Below are positions 8,750 through 17,529 of a stretch of DNA of 64,000 nucleotides, piece by piece. The DNA is taken from positions 4,398 to 68,397 of the IMG/VR virus record IMGVR_UViG_3300005841_000036; one strand, given 5' to 3'. The stretch comes from a virus. How positions within the stretch are numbered: position 1 is the first letter of the stretch; each line of letters begins with the position of its first letter. A program made the position numbers and the translations under genes. The notes beneath the pieces are model-generated. The model did no database searches and was not told where the DNA came from. It saw nothing but the letters and a program-made list of their open reading frames with translations.

Positions 8750-10149
8750 TGGCGAAGAAACGCAATCCGGGCGGGTGTCAGTGTTGCGTGCACGACTGCC
8801 CCCTCTTCTCTGACGACTTCCACCGGGCCGACTCGACCACGATCGGCAACGGCTGGACGGAGAACGCCGGCGACTGGGCGATCGTCTCCAACGAAGCGAA
8901 GATTCTGACATCAAACGCGCGGATGACCAATTCGGCGTCCGTTCCATCGGGGGCGCACGCTGTTCGCTGGGTGGTGACAACCAAGGGGGCGAATTCCGGC
9001 GACAAACTGCGGCTCTACTTTCGATCAAGCACGGCAGATTACATCGAACTGACCGTCGGGGGATCGGCGACCCTCGACGTCGTGATCGGCGGATCGACGG
9101 CAAGATCTTGCACCGTTACGGCAGCAGCGAACACCTATCACACGATCGACGCGCTAGTCTGCGGGGCATCAGCCGGGACTGGCGATTCTTTCATGGTGAC
9201 GCTAAACGGAACTATCGTAATGTGGGGCGGGGCGGGCTCCGCGACGGTAGCCAACACGGTCGGGACTATCGTCGGCGGGGTCGGAACGGGATCGATCACG
9301 TCGGCCGCTTACTTTGATGACTTCGCCGTCACACTCTATCGCGGCATCAACGAAATCCAGCGGATCAGCAAGACCTCGGGAACGATCTCGGGCGGAACGT
9401 GGGACATCGGGAATCTGCCTGGCGGCGGGTCCGTTACGGCGATCCCCTACAATGTATCGGCCGCCACGCTGCAGGCGAGCCTCGACGCGGTCCTGGGCGC
9501 GGGCAATGTAACCGTTTCAGGCGCGGCATTCGCGCCGCAGTCGCTGACGTGGATTGGAACGTATGCCGAGACTGACGTTCCGATGATCACGGTTGACGGG
9601 ACCAACCTCACCGGTGTTAGCCCAGTGATCGCGGTGACGGAATTCCGCGCGGGATACGGCTGCACCGAATGCCGCGCATGCTCATTCATTCCGGGGTCGA
9701 GGTTCGGGACTGGGACGTGGAATTCGATCAACCTGGCTGTCGCCAGCGCGGCCGATGCACTGGGAACGACCGGATGCTCTGGCATCAACGGGACCTATAA
9801 CCTCGACCAGATGACCGCGACAGATTGCACGGGGTGTTCTGGATGCAATGCGTGCCAAACCGACGAATGTATCTGCTATGGGATCGACGGGCTAAGTATC
9901 ACAATCACGCCCTCGGTCGGGCCGGCGGTGACGATCACGGGGATCCGATTCTGTGGCGGTGTTATCAATTTCATCTCCTCCAGCGGTATGTATATTTCCG
10001 TCTACTTCGGCCTCAACTCTCTTAGCAACAACATTTGGCCGCGGTGCAATGATATGACCTCGATTGCAGCAAACGGCACGGCTAACCACGTTACACAATC
10101 GTCTGGCTTCTGTACCGGCTGGACATTCACCGTATCGGACGGGGGCTAG
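8749..10149 (+). CDS. putative tail fibre/receptor-binding protein with Cys clusters
   Basis: FSDDFHRAD lectin-like start, Gly/Thr-rich beta content, NEIQ...SGGTW...IPYNVSAATLQASL module, CQCC and CTGCSGCNAC clusters. Confidence 0.65.
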   Translation: MAKKRNPGGCQCCVHDCPLFSDDFHRADSTTIGNGWTENAGDWAIVSNEAKILTSNARMTNSASVPSGAHAVRWVVTTKGANSGDKLRLYFRSSTADYIELTVGGSATLDVVIGGSTARSCTVTAAANTYHTIDALVCGASAGTGDSFMVTLNGTIVMWGGAGSATVANTVGTIVGGVGTGSITSAAYFDDFAVTLYRGINEIQRISKTSGTISGGTWDIGNLPGGGSVTAIPYNVSAATLQASLDAVLGAGNVTVSGAAFAPQSLTWIGTYAETDVPMITVDGTNLTGVSPVIAVTEFRAGYGCTECRACSFIPGSRFGTGTWNSINLAVASAADALGTTGCSGINGTYNLDQMTATDCTGCSGCNACQTDECICYGIDGLSITITPSVGPAVTITGIRFCGGVINFISSSGMYISVYFGLNSLSNNIWPRCNDMTSIAANGTANHVTQSSGFCTGWTFTVSDGG

Positions 10150-10150
10150 G

Positions 10151-10537
10151 GTGCGCTGCCGATTTACGATCATCGAGAAGGACGGCGCCCGGTGGGCATG
10201 GTGCGAGATCTGCGCCCACGGGTACAAAACCGATGAACTCGATCCGGCCAAGCATCATCGGAATTGCCGGCCCGGCCGCGGCGTTGCTGGCCTGCAAACC
10301 TACAAGCTCGAGCCGGATCCACCGCGGGAATGCACTCGCCGCGGCCTGGTGGTCTCTGGGGTGATGGTCGAGTCATGCTGCAACGCTCCCCCGTGGAAAA
10401 TGGCCGTCTATTCCTGCCTCGAGCGCGGGCAGTGCACGAAGGACAAGGCGGTCGACGGGATCCCGTTCTGCGGGACGTGCACGCCGGCCGAGGGGTACTC
10501 GCCGCCCTCGGCGCCGGCGCTCACCTCGCCCGGATAG
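10151..10537 (+). CDS. Cys-rich protein
   Basis: GTG start right after tail gene; multiple CxxC/CC motifs. Confidence 0.55.
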   Translation: MRCRFTIIEKDGARWAWCEICAHGYKTDELDPAKHHRNCRPGRGVAGLQTYKLEPDPPRECTRRGLVVSGVMVESCCNAPPWKMAVYSCLERGQCTKDKAVDGIPFCGTCTPAEGYSPPSAPALTSPG

Positions 10538-10556
10538 CGCCGGTATAATCCTCGGC

Positions 10557-10838
10557 ATGGCCGCCCCTCGAGAGACCGACGACAATCCGCCCGGCGAGAT
10601 CTGCTGCGCGTGCGGTGCGATTTGCGAGCCCGAGATGGGCACGCCCGAGGGATGGCGGCTGCACTTCTGCAAGGCATGCCGGAAGGCGATCGGCCCGGGG
10701 AAGGTGGTCGAGCTCCAGCTGCTGGCCAAGGTCGGCGAGGATTGGCGGCGATTCGTCGCGCGGTTCGCCGAGGCCCTCGACGACGATCAGACGCGAGGCG
10801 CTGGTGGGGCGATGGGGTTTAGCCCGGGCCGGAACTGA
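10557..10838 (+). CDS. small Zn-ribbon protein
   Basis: CCACGAIC...FCKAC. Confidence 0.5.
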   Translation: MAAPRETDDNPPGEICCACGAICEPEMGTPEGWRLHFCKACRKAIGPGKVVELQLLAKVGEDWRRFVARFAEALDDDQTRGAGGAMGFSPGRN

Positions 10839-12123
10839 TCACCCGTCGGATAAGCTCAGCAAAAGCCGCTGCAGCGCAGAGTACCACCACGCCGTTACCT
10901 GCGCACCGCAGTTGATCGACTCGGCTCTCGTCCAAAACCAGGGGCTGCCCATCAAAAAGCAGACGAACGCCGGATTGAGTCGCCGGGGCGAGGTGGGGGT
11001 CGCTGTCGAGGATTCGTCGCCAGGAATCAGCGTCACCCGGAGCGGGTGCGAAAATTGGTGTTCGACTTGGTTCTGCAGCTGCTGGGTCCTCTTCCCTCGC
11101 CGTGCCTGACTCTCCGCGCTGTTCGGGGTCCGATAGTCCCGGGCCGCGGGGGTCGACCATGTCGCCGCCTGCCCCCCCAGTAGCGGCTCGTCGACCCGAT
11201 CGCCGCCGCGGCTTCGACTTCCCCCCGAGGCCGCCCCCGGAGTCGCCCACGCTATCGCATCGTAATTCAGGATCCGCGGCGTTCCCTCCTTCCGATTCAG
11301 CTGCTTGTCCGAATAGCCCGAGTGCCCGCGCTGGCCGGCTGTCGCGTCCGGGGTGGGCCATGTCTGGCTTGCAATTGTTAGCGGCGTCCCCTGCCCGTTT
11401 CCGTTTACGCCCTTTGCGAGGTTCTGCTGCCGACGGAGCTCCCAGTTCTCCGGATCCTCGCCGTCGTCTGCTGCCATCGGCGTCGCCCATCCCTTCGCCC
11501 GATCGCTCAGGCAGTTGTCGACGTTTCTTGCCCGGTGCACGCCATTTCCTCGGTTCGTTCCGTTGTTCGGGCAATTGGGGTTTGCAAGTGGAGTGGGCCA
11601 CGCAAAACCATCGCTCGCGCTCATGGCTGGCACCCACGGCTTTTGCCGATAGCACACCCCATTCCGCAGCGAACCCCATGTCGGCCAAGTCTCGCAGAAC
11701 GTCTCGACAGGCGGCTCCATTCCCGGAAGAAAGGAGCCCGCGAACATTCTCGAGCAAGACCCATCGAGGCCGAACCGTGCAAATGATTTCGGCGATCGCC
11801 GGCCAGATCCATCGCTCATCGTCGACTGACCCTCGACGCCCCGCTTCGCTGTGGGGCTGACAGGGGAAACCGGCGGTAATGCAGTTCGCCCATCCGTACA
11901 AAGATCCGGCGTCCATGTCCTCGAGCGGACCGCACCAAACAGGAGCGACTTCCAAGCTCGATTCTTCCATGCGGGCCAGGAGGACGGCCGCGGCGTAGCC
12001 GTCCCGCTCGACGTGACCCACGGTGCGAAAGGAGTGTCCTCGGCGCTCGAAGGCGAGCCGGGCGGCGAGGTCGAGCCAGCCGACTCCGGAACAGAGGGAG
12101 AGGTTTTGAATGGGATCAACCAC
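10819..12123 (-). CDS. dcm: DNA cytosine-5 methyltransferase, main polypeptide
   Basis: SLCSGVG (I), AGFPCQPHS (IV), LLENVRG (VI), HERERWF (VIII), LRCAGNGVV (X); GTG at 12123. Confidence 0.9.
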   Translation of the reverse strand: MVDPIQNLSLCSGVGWLDLAARLAFERRGHSFRTVGHVERDGYAAAVLLARMEESSLEVAPVWCGPLEDMDAGSLYGWANCITAGFPCQPHSEAGRRGSVDDERWIWPAIAEIICTVRPRWVLLENVRGLLSSGNGAACRDVLRDLADMGFAAEWGVLSAKAVGASHERERWFCVAHSTCKPQLPEQRNEPRKWRAPGKKRRQLPERSGEGMGDADGSRRRRGSGELGAPSAAEPRKGRKRKRAGDAANNCKPDMAHPGRDSRPARALGLFGQAAESEGGNAADPELRCDSVGDSGGGLGGKSKPRRRSGRRAATGGAGGDMVDPRGPGLSDPEQRGESGTAREEDPAAAEPSRTPIFAPAPGDADSWRRILDSDPHLAPATQSGVRLLFDGQPLVLDESRVDQLRCAGNGVVVLCAAAAFAELIRRVISSGPG

Positions 12124-12125
12124 AT
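10839..12125 (-). CDS. overlapping alternative-frame polypeptide of the C5 methyltransferase (W[PAS]TPxA repeats, motif IX-like)
   Basis: Stop-free 428 codons; five W[PAS]TPxA repeats; RRLNPAFVCFLMGSPWFWT resembles motif IX missing from the main frame. Confidence 0.7.
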   Translation of the reverse strand: MWLIPFKTSPSVPESAGSTSPPGSPSSAEDTPFAPWVTSSGTATPRPSSWPAWKNRAWKSLLFGAVRSRTWTPDLCTDGRTALPPVSPVSPTAKRGVEGQSTMSDGSGRRSPKSFARFGLDGSCSRMFAGSFLPGMEPPVETFCETWPTWGSLRNGVCYRQKPWVPAMSASDGFAWPTPLANPNCPNNGTNRGNGVHRARNVDNCLSDRAKGWATPMAADDGEDPENWELRRQQNLAKGVNGNGQGTPLTIASQTWPTPDATAGQRGHSGYSDKQLNRKEGTPRILNYDAIAWATPGAASGGSRSRGGDRVDEPLLGGQAATWSTPAARDYRTPNSAESQARRGKRTQQLQNQVEHQFSHPLRVTLIPGDESSTATPTSPRRLNPAFVCFLMGSPWFWTRAESINCGAQVTAWWYSALQRLLLSLSDG

Positions 12126-12655
12126 GAGGGCCCCGCGGTGAGGTACTTTTGAGAGGCAATGGCCCAAGCAGCGTTCCAGGTCGACCAGTTCTCGCGATCG
12201 CCGCCGAGGTCGACCTCTTGACCGTTCAGCCTCATTGCCTCATCCATCGCCATATTGGCATCACAGAAATCGTGCGAGTGGCAGATCGACGCATTCGGCT
12301 CAGCCTGATTCCGCTGGCGCATCTCCTCAAATTCCTCGGGGGTCAGCCAGTCGCGCAGGATGGCGGCGAAGCTGCTGGCGATTTGCTCCTCGAGGGGAAC
12401 GATATTCAGATACCTAGTCCCCCACGCCGAGACAGCAAACCCTCCTCCTCTGGGAATGAGGCGATCGAGCGGAATCGCCTCGGGCGACGTTTTGGAATGC
12501 GAGACGGTCTTGATCGCCCTCCATTCGGCATTGTAGGGACCGACTGCAGTAACCTCGCCGATGAGGTGATAGCTATCGACCCCCTTCTCGCCATTCGGAC
12601 CTGACCACGGGCGGGAGCCTCTGACGCTGACCAGAAGGCCGATTGCGAGCGACAT
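12116..12655 (-). CDS. hypothetical phage protein
   Basis: ICHSHDFCDANMAMDEA segment; coupled to neighbours. Confidence 0.6.
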   Translation of the reverse strand: MSLAIGLLVSVRGSRPWSGPNGEKGVDSYHLIGEVTAVGPYNAEWRAIKTVSHSKTSPEAIPLDRLIPRGGGFAVSAWGTRYLNIVPLEEQIASSFAAILRDWLTPEEFEEMRQRNQAEPNASICHSHDFCDANMAMDEAMRLNGQEVDLGGDRENWSTWNAAWAIASQKYLTAGPSCG

Positions 12656-12924
12656 TAGACCGCACCCCCTTTCACCGGCCCCGCGGGAAGGTCCGGTCCA
12701 ACCCATTTGAGCAACTCGCCGCCGGCGGTCCGCTCGACCAGCCTAGCCCGCTCCAGCGTCGCCAGCATACGATCGTAACTCTCGAGGTCCATTCCCGTCT
12801 TGGCCATCAGCATCGCGTACAGGGGGCCCGAGGGAAGGCCGGCCGGGCCTGCCATGCGGACGGCCTCGGCAACGGCGGTCGAAACGAGAAAGGCGTGCTT
12901 GATCTGGTTCGCGGTGATCGTCAT
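12655..12924 (-). CDS. small winged-helix-like protein
   Basis: GLPSGPLYAMLM...LATLERARLVER; RBS AAGGA. Confidence 0.55.
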   Translation of the reverse strand: MTITANQIKHAFLVSTAVAEAVRMAGPAGLPSGPLYAMLMAKTGMDLESYDRMLATLERARLVERTAGGELLKWVGPDLPAGPVKGGAV

Positions 12925-12991
12925 GGGTCGCATTCCTTGAACGAGGGGAGAAAGGGGCGAGGGGCAACGAGCCCCCCACCCGACGCACTGA

Positions 12992-13231
12992 CTACTTTTT
13001 GAGACTGCACTTTTTGACACTGCACGCGTGTTCGGAAAGAAACATCTTGATAGCCTCTAGGTCGGTTTTGACCCGATAGTCCCTTGAATAACCGAAGTGC
13101 TGACCGCTACAGGTCTTGTGGGCCTGTTCCCATTTCGTTTCGGGATAGGTGTAAACCGTGATTTCTTTGACCCCATTATGAAAGCCGGTCGGATGGGAGA
13201 CCTCGACCTTGTAGACCTTGCTGATGGCCAT
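12992..13231 (-). CDS. hypothetical protein (first gene of leftward operon)
   Basis: MAISKVY..., GGAG RBS, lower GC. Confidence 0.55.
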   Translation of the reverse strand: MAISKVYKVEVSHPTGFHNGVKEITVYTYPETKWEQAHKTCSGQHFGYSRDYRVKTDLEAIKMFLSEHACSVKKCSLKK

Positions 13232-13572
13232 TTGCCGCACTCCAGAGGGGAAATCGCATCCCAATTCCGGGGACGCTTCGGGTTGTCGCATGGCCAGGAT
13301 GTTACCATATTGACTCGACCGTGCAATAGAAAATCCCCTCGGATGGAAAATAAGACAACCCATTGCCACGCAAAGCGTTACGAAAAAACGCCACACCAAT
13401 CCTACAAAAGTCTCCAAAAATGTCGCTTGCGACAAAAACAAACGGTCGGTATCTTCACCCTCGCGACAACCATTCCCCCGAACAAACTACGCCCGGGCGG
13501 GCGATCTCGAGCCGGGTTGTCGCATTCTCTGCTCCTCGCTCGCCCGGGCTCTCGACCAATGGAGAATGCGAC
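13232..13572. promoter_or_regulatory. divergent control region with TGTCGC/GCGACA repeats
   Basis: AT-richer gap between divergent operons; CGGGTTGTCGCAT at 13279 and 13513; palindrome TGTCGC-TT-GCGACA at 13421-13434. Confidence 0.6.
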
Positions 13573-14022
13573 ATGGTTACAAGCCTGGATGGCTGCCTGG
13601 GGGCGTCGAGGCCCCGATTTGAGACGCCCGAGGCCCGGGCGACGCCGGCGATCCTGCCGGATCCGCGGAACAATGCCCGGCGAGGTGGGCGATCGCTGAT
13701 CGCTCGCCTGGTCTACACGCTGGGGGTCAAGCGAAAGACGGCGCCCAAGGGGGATCCTCGCGATCTGCCGGTCGCGGTCGCCAAGGCTGGCGAGGGGCGG
13801 GTGAGTCGCGGGCGGTGCGAGGTCTGTAAGTTCATGCTGCCGGCTGACGGGCCCTGTAAGGTCTGCGAAGAGGCGGCGAGGGCTGCGGCATGGCTGAAAA
13901 CCCCCGCGGGCCAAGCGTTCCATGCTGAATCGGAGAAGGGCCGGCGGTCGGTCGTGAGGGCCCGCGCTGCCGGCAAGAAGTGGGGTTTTGCGAAGGATGA
14001 GGGCCAGGACGGGGCGGGTTAG
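13573..14022 (+). CDS. hypothetical Zn-finger protein
   Basis: GGAG RBS before ATG 13573; CEVC...CKVC. Confidence 0.45.
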   Translation: MVTSLDGCLGASRPRFETPEARATPAILPDPRNNARRGGRSLIARLVYTLGVKRKTAPKGDPRDLPVAVAKAGEGRVSRGRCEVCKFMLPADGPCKVCEEAARAAAWLKTPAGQAFHAESEKGRRSVVRARAAGKKWGFAKDEGQDGAG

Positions 14023-14155
14023 GAACTCGCCTCGAGGGAGCGGCCTGGACGCCGCCGGCCAGCGGAAGGCCTGGAAGGATCGAACACCCCGCCTGCCGCG
14101 CGCCCAAGGATGACAAGGGCGCGCGGCGGGCATCTTCAACGAAGGGAAAGACACA

Positions 14156-14491
14156 ATGGGGATTGGCGAGTTCACGCAGCGAGAGCGGGAGGTGGCTGAC
14201 TTGGTTGCGCGGGGGATGCACAACAAACAGATCGGTCGCGAACTGAACATCAGCGTCGAGACGGTCAAGGAACACGTCCACAATTGCTTGGTTGCCGGGG
14301 AGTTCGCCGGTCGGACCGAGCTCGCCGTTTTCTGGTCGCTGGCGCAGATCAAAAACATCCTCGACGGGTTCGAGGCCGGCGTTCCTCCTCAGCGGGTGAT
14401 TCAAGGGGCGATGGACGCGATCTATCGCCGCATGGATGCGATCCGGCCGCCGGCGGTCGAGGACGGCGAGGTGAAGCATGCCGCGGGCTAA
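14156..14491 (+). CDS. LuxR-family HTH regulator
   Basis: FTQREREVADLVARGMHNKQIGRELNISVETVKEHVHN. Confidence 0.88.
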   Translation: MGIGEFTQREREVADLVARGMHNKQIGRELNISVETVKEHVHNCLVAGEFAGRTELAVFWSLAQIKNILDGFEAGVPPQRVIQGAMDAIYRRMDAIRPPAVEDGEVKHAAG

Positions 14492-15503
14492 GAAGGGGGC
14501 GGCCGGTGCCACGCCGACAAGTGCGATCGCGCCGGCCGCCCGGGATCCGTGGGAGGACTCTGATTTCGCCCGGCTGGTCCTCGACTCCGCGGGCCTCACC
14601 GCGAGCAGCTTGGCCGACCTGACGATCATCCCGCGGGTCCGGCCGCAGCGTATGCGGATCCCGCCCGGGCGCCCGGGCTATATCGATCTCGAGACGATTC
14701 CCGATCTCGAGCGGCTCCCTCAGTTCGGATTGCCGGAACTCCCGCCGGAACTTCCGCCGATGCCGATCGAGGCTGCCCCGAATCAGATCGTCCTGGCGAC
14801 TCAGCCGGGCGAGGCGGTGATCGCGGCAATGGCCGGCATCAATCCGCCCGATGAGTGGTTTACCGGGATGGAGCTCGCCGAGCGGGCCGGCAAGAATCGC
14901 AAGGGGGTCCTCGGTGAGATCGACCGGATCCGCGCGGTGCGCGCGGCCGGCGGCAAGGGGGCGATCGCCGCCCAGGAACGAATCAAGCTGCTGAGCGTAA
15001 CGCCAGAATACTGCAAAATCGCGGCCCTGGGGTGGGCGCAGATGGAAGAGGCCCCGCAGGCGATGGTCCTCGGGGAAGAGTACCGCGAGGACGCCGGGCG
15101 GCTTGTCACCGAGGCCGAGATCCTCGAGCAATTTTGGTGGGTGGTCGAGAAGTGTTCGCCCATCGTCGGATACAACCTCCTCCATTTCGATCTGCCGGTG
15201 GTGTTCATCCGGTCGGCGATTCTGGGGGTCGAGCCGACGAAGCGCCTCGACTTGCGGACGTGGTCCTCGGACGTGGTCGACCTCTTCAAGGTGCGATGGC
15301 CGACGTTTGGATCCGGTGGGATGAAGCTCAAAGACCTCGCCCGGGTCCTGGGGATCGAGGTGCCATGCCCCGACGTCGACGGTAGCAACGTGGCCGCGCT
15401 GATGGCGGCCGGTGAGTTCGGCAAGGTCGCCGAGTACGTCTGCAGCGACGTGGTAGTCGAGCGGGAAGTGCACCGATTCTATTCAGGATTCTTCTGCCCA
15501 TGA
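14478..15503 (+). CDS. DnaQ/PolB-like 3'-5' exonuclease
   Basis: YIDLETIP (ExoI), VGYNLLHFDLP (ExoII), EYVCSDV (ExoIII). Confidence 0.8.
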   Translation: MPRAKKGAAGATPTSAIAPAARDPWEDSDFARLVLDSAGLTASSLADLTIIPRVRPQRMRIPPGRPGYIDLETIPDLERLPQFGLPELPPELPPMPIEAAPNQIVLATQPGEAVIAAMAGINPPDEWFTGMELAERAGKNRKGVLGEIDRIRAVRAAGGKGAIAAQERIKLLSVTPEYCKIAALGWAQMEEAPQAMVLGEEYREDAGRLVTEAEILEQFWWVVEKCSPIVGYNLLHFDLPVVFIRSAILGVEPTKRLDLRTWSSDVVDLFKVRWPTFGSGGMKLKDLARVLGIEVPCPDVDGSNVAALMAAGEFGKVAEYVCSDVVVEREVHRFYSGFFCP

Positions 15504-15706
15504 TCTACAACGATGCCGACTTTGACTGGAAGCCGATTGCGACCGCCCCGCGCGGCCGGGTCGTGATGACCAAGATCGACGATGAAAACGGGTGCAGGAA
15601 CATCCAACCTTTGCAGCTGCTGCCGGACGTCCGGCGGCTGTGGTTCGTTCCGAGCGGGGATATGTACGTCTATTACACGCCGACCCATTGGGCGGAACTA
15701 CCATGA
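15500..15706 (+). CDS. hypothetical phage protein (DUF551-like)
   Basis: WKPIATAP...PTHWAELP. Confidence 0.7.
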   Translation: MIYNDADFDWKPIATAPRGRVVMTKIDDENGCRNIQPLQLLPDVRRLWFVPSGDMYVYYTPTHWAELP

Positions 15707-15909
15707 GAATTTACACATTCGACGCCAAGGATCCGCTGCACGACAACGGGCGACATCTGGCGATCATTCGCGCCGGAACGCTCAAGGCGGCGGAGAAGAA
15801 ATTGGCACGCCTCACCGAAAGCAAGCGACCAGGTCGCCCGCTTGATTGGCGGCTGCAAGTGGATCAAGCCGACTATGCAGACATCGTTTTCGAGGACATC
15901 GAAAGCTAA
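15703..15909 (+). CDS. hypothetical protein
   Basis: ATGA-coupled short ORF. Confidence 0.5.
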   Translation: MRIYTFDAKDPLHDNGRHLAIIRAGTLKAAEKKLARLTESKRPGRPLDWRLQVDQADYADIVFEDIES

Positions 15910-17366
15910 TGCTCCTCTGCGCCTTTTCGAAATCCGAAACGCTCGCCTCGCATATCCTCGAGGTTTGCCCGCTCGCGCTGAGTTCGGCAACGGCGAAGAA
16001 ATGCCCGTGCAAAAAGCGGCTCTATCATGTCGGCCCGTCTGATCTGCGGGTCCTGTCCTGCACGTTCCCTAACGACTGGAAAGGAAATCCGGTCCGGAAT
16101 CCCGAGGCCCTCGCCGCCAAGCTCCGCGAGAAGGTGAAGGCGGCCAGGCCCTCCAAAGCAACGAAGCAAGCGCGGGAATTGCTCCCGCCCCTGCAACCAC
16201 TCCCGACAACTCTCGAATTTGAGGAGGAACGAATGGCAGACGATGAAGAAGCGGCCGAGGACAACGCCGGCGGCGAGATTGTGGTCGACCTCAAGAATCA
16301 AATCCCGGTCGGATCACTGACGCTCCGCGGGGACGTCTACGATCGCATTAGTGACCCGATGGAGTTCGTGAAGAACTTCGGCACGGCGATCTATGCGTCG
16401 AAAATGTTCGGCTGCCACAATCCGCAGCAGGGCATGGTCTTTGCGATGGCCTGCCTGGCCGAGAAGTCCAACCCGATCGCGATCAAGCGCCGATATCACA
16501 TCATCGGGGGGAACCTCTCAATGCGGTCCGATGCGATGCTCGCCGAGTTCCGCATGAACCACGGGGGGACTCACGAGATCATCGAGCGCACGCCCGAGGC
16601 GGCCGAGATCGAACTGCGGAAGGGAAGCCAGAAGCCCTACCGGCTGCGGTTTACCTGGGCCGAGGCCGAGGCCGAGCCGTTCGTTTGGGGCAAGGATGAG
16701 AAGGGCAAGAAGATCATCAAAACGAACTACGCCACGCCGCGGGCTCGCATGCAAATGCTCTGGGCGAGGGTGGCATCGGACGCGGTCCGTTCGTACTGCC
16801 CCGAGGTCAACGCGGGAGTTTACACGCCCGAGGAAATGGGCGGTCCGCTGGCCGAGTATGAGGAGGCCGAGTTCGAGGTGAAGGCCGCGGCGCCGGTCGA
16901 TCCGGTCGCCCACGCCAAGCCCAAGCCCGAGAAGGCGGCCGACAAGCCCTCGCCGTCGGCAGCGACCGAGGAGGCCCCTTTCCGCGAAGCGATCAAAGAC
17001 GACATCGCCAAGATGCAGGCGCAGAATGCCGCGGCGGCTGCCAGCAAGCCCGCGGAGTCGATCGCCTCGAGCGGGAAGGGATCCGGCAAGGTCTCCCGCG
17101 AAACGCTGATCGAGATCAAGAAGATCAAGGACGCGCTGCAGTACGGCGACGACACTTGGAAAAAGATCCTCGACAAACTCGGCGTCGCCAGTGCGAAGGA
17201 CCTCGACCAGGATGGCGGCGACCGATTGCTCGCCTATCTCGGGAAACGGCAGCACGACGTCGAAGCCGCACGCAAGCAGGCGGCCGGCGTCGACGAGCTC
17301 TCGACCTGGGCGAACGGGCAACTCAGCCCAAACCAGAAGCCCGGCGAGGCTACCCCGGGCAAGTAG
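15909..17366 (+). CDS. RecT-like single-strand annealing protein
   Basis: YHIIGGNLSMRSDAM, FTWAEA, MLWARVASDAVRSYCPEV..GVYTPEEM; alternative strong start at 16233 (GAGGAGG RBS). Confidence 0.7.
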   Translation: MLLCAFSKSETLASHILEVCPLALSSATAKKCPCKKRLYHVGPSDLRVLSCTFPNDWKGNPVRNPEALAAKLREKVKAARPSKATKQARELLPPLQPLPTTLEFEEERMADDEEAAEDNAGGEIVVDLKNQIPVGSLTLRGDVYDRISDPMEFVKNFGTAIYASKMFGCHNPQQGMVFAMACLAEKSNPIAIKRRYHIIGGNLSMRSDAMLAEFRMNHGGTHEIIERTPEAAEIELRKGSQKPYRLRFTWAEAEAEPFVWGKDEKGKKIIKTNYATPRARMQMLWARVASDAVRSYCPEVNAGVYTPEEMGGPLAEYEEAEFEVKAAAPVDPVAHAKPKPEKAADKPSPSAATEEAPFREAIKDDIAKMQAQNAAAAASKPAESIASSGKGSGKVSRETLIEIKKIKDALQYGDDTWKKILDKLGVASAKDLDQDGGDRLLAYLGKRQHDVEAARKQAAGVDELSTWANGQLSPNQKPGEATPGK

Positions 17367-17529
17367 AAGAGTGGCCGCAGCAACTGCAGACGATGGTTCG
17401 AGAGTACGGGCCGGCGAGAGTGTACGAAGCCGGTATCGAAGCCCTGAAATACCCCCCGCACTGGATTGAGTCGAGCGACGAAGCGGTGCGGGTGGTGCGA
17501 CGACTTCTCAAGAAAGGAAACTGATCAGC

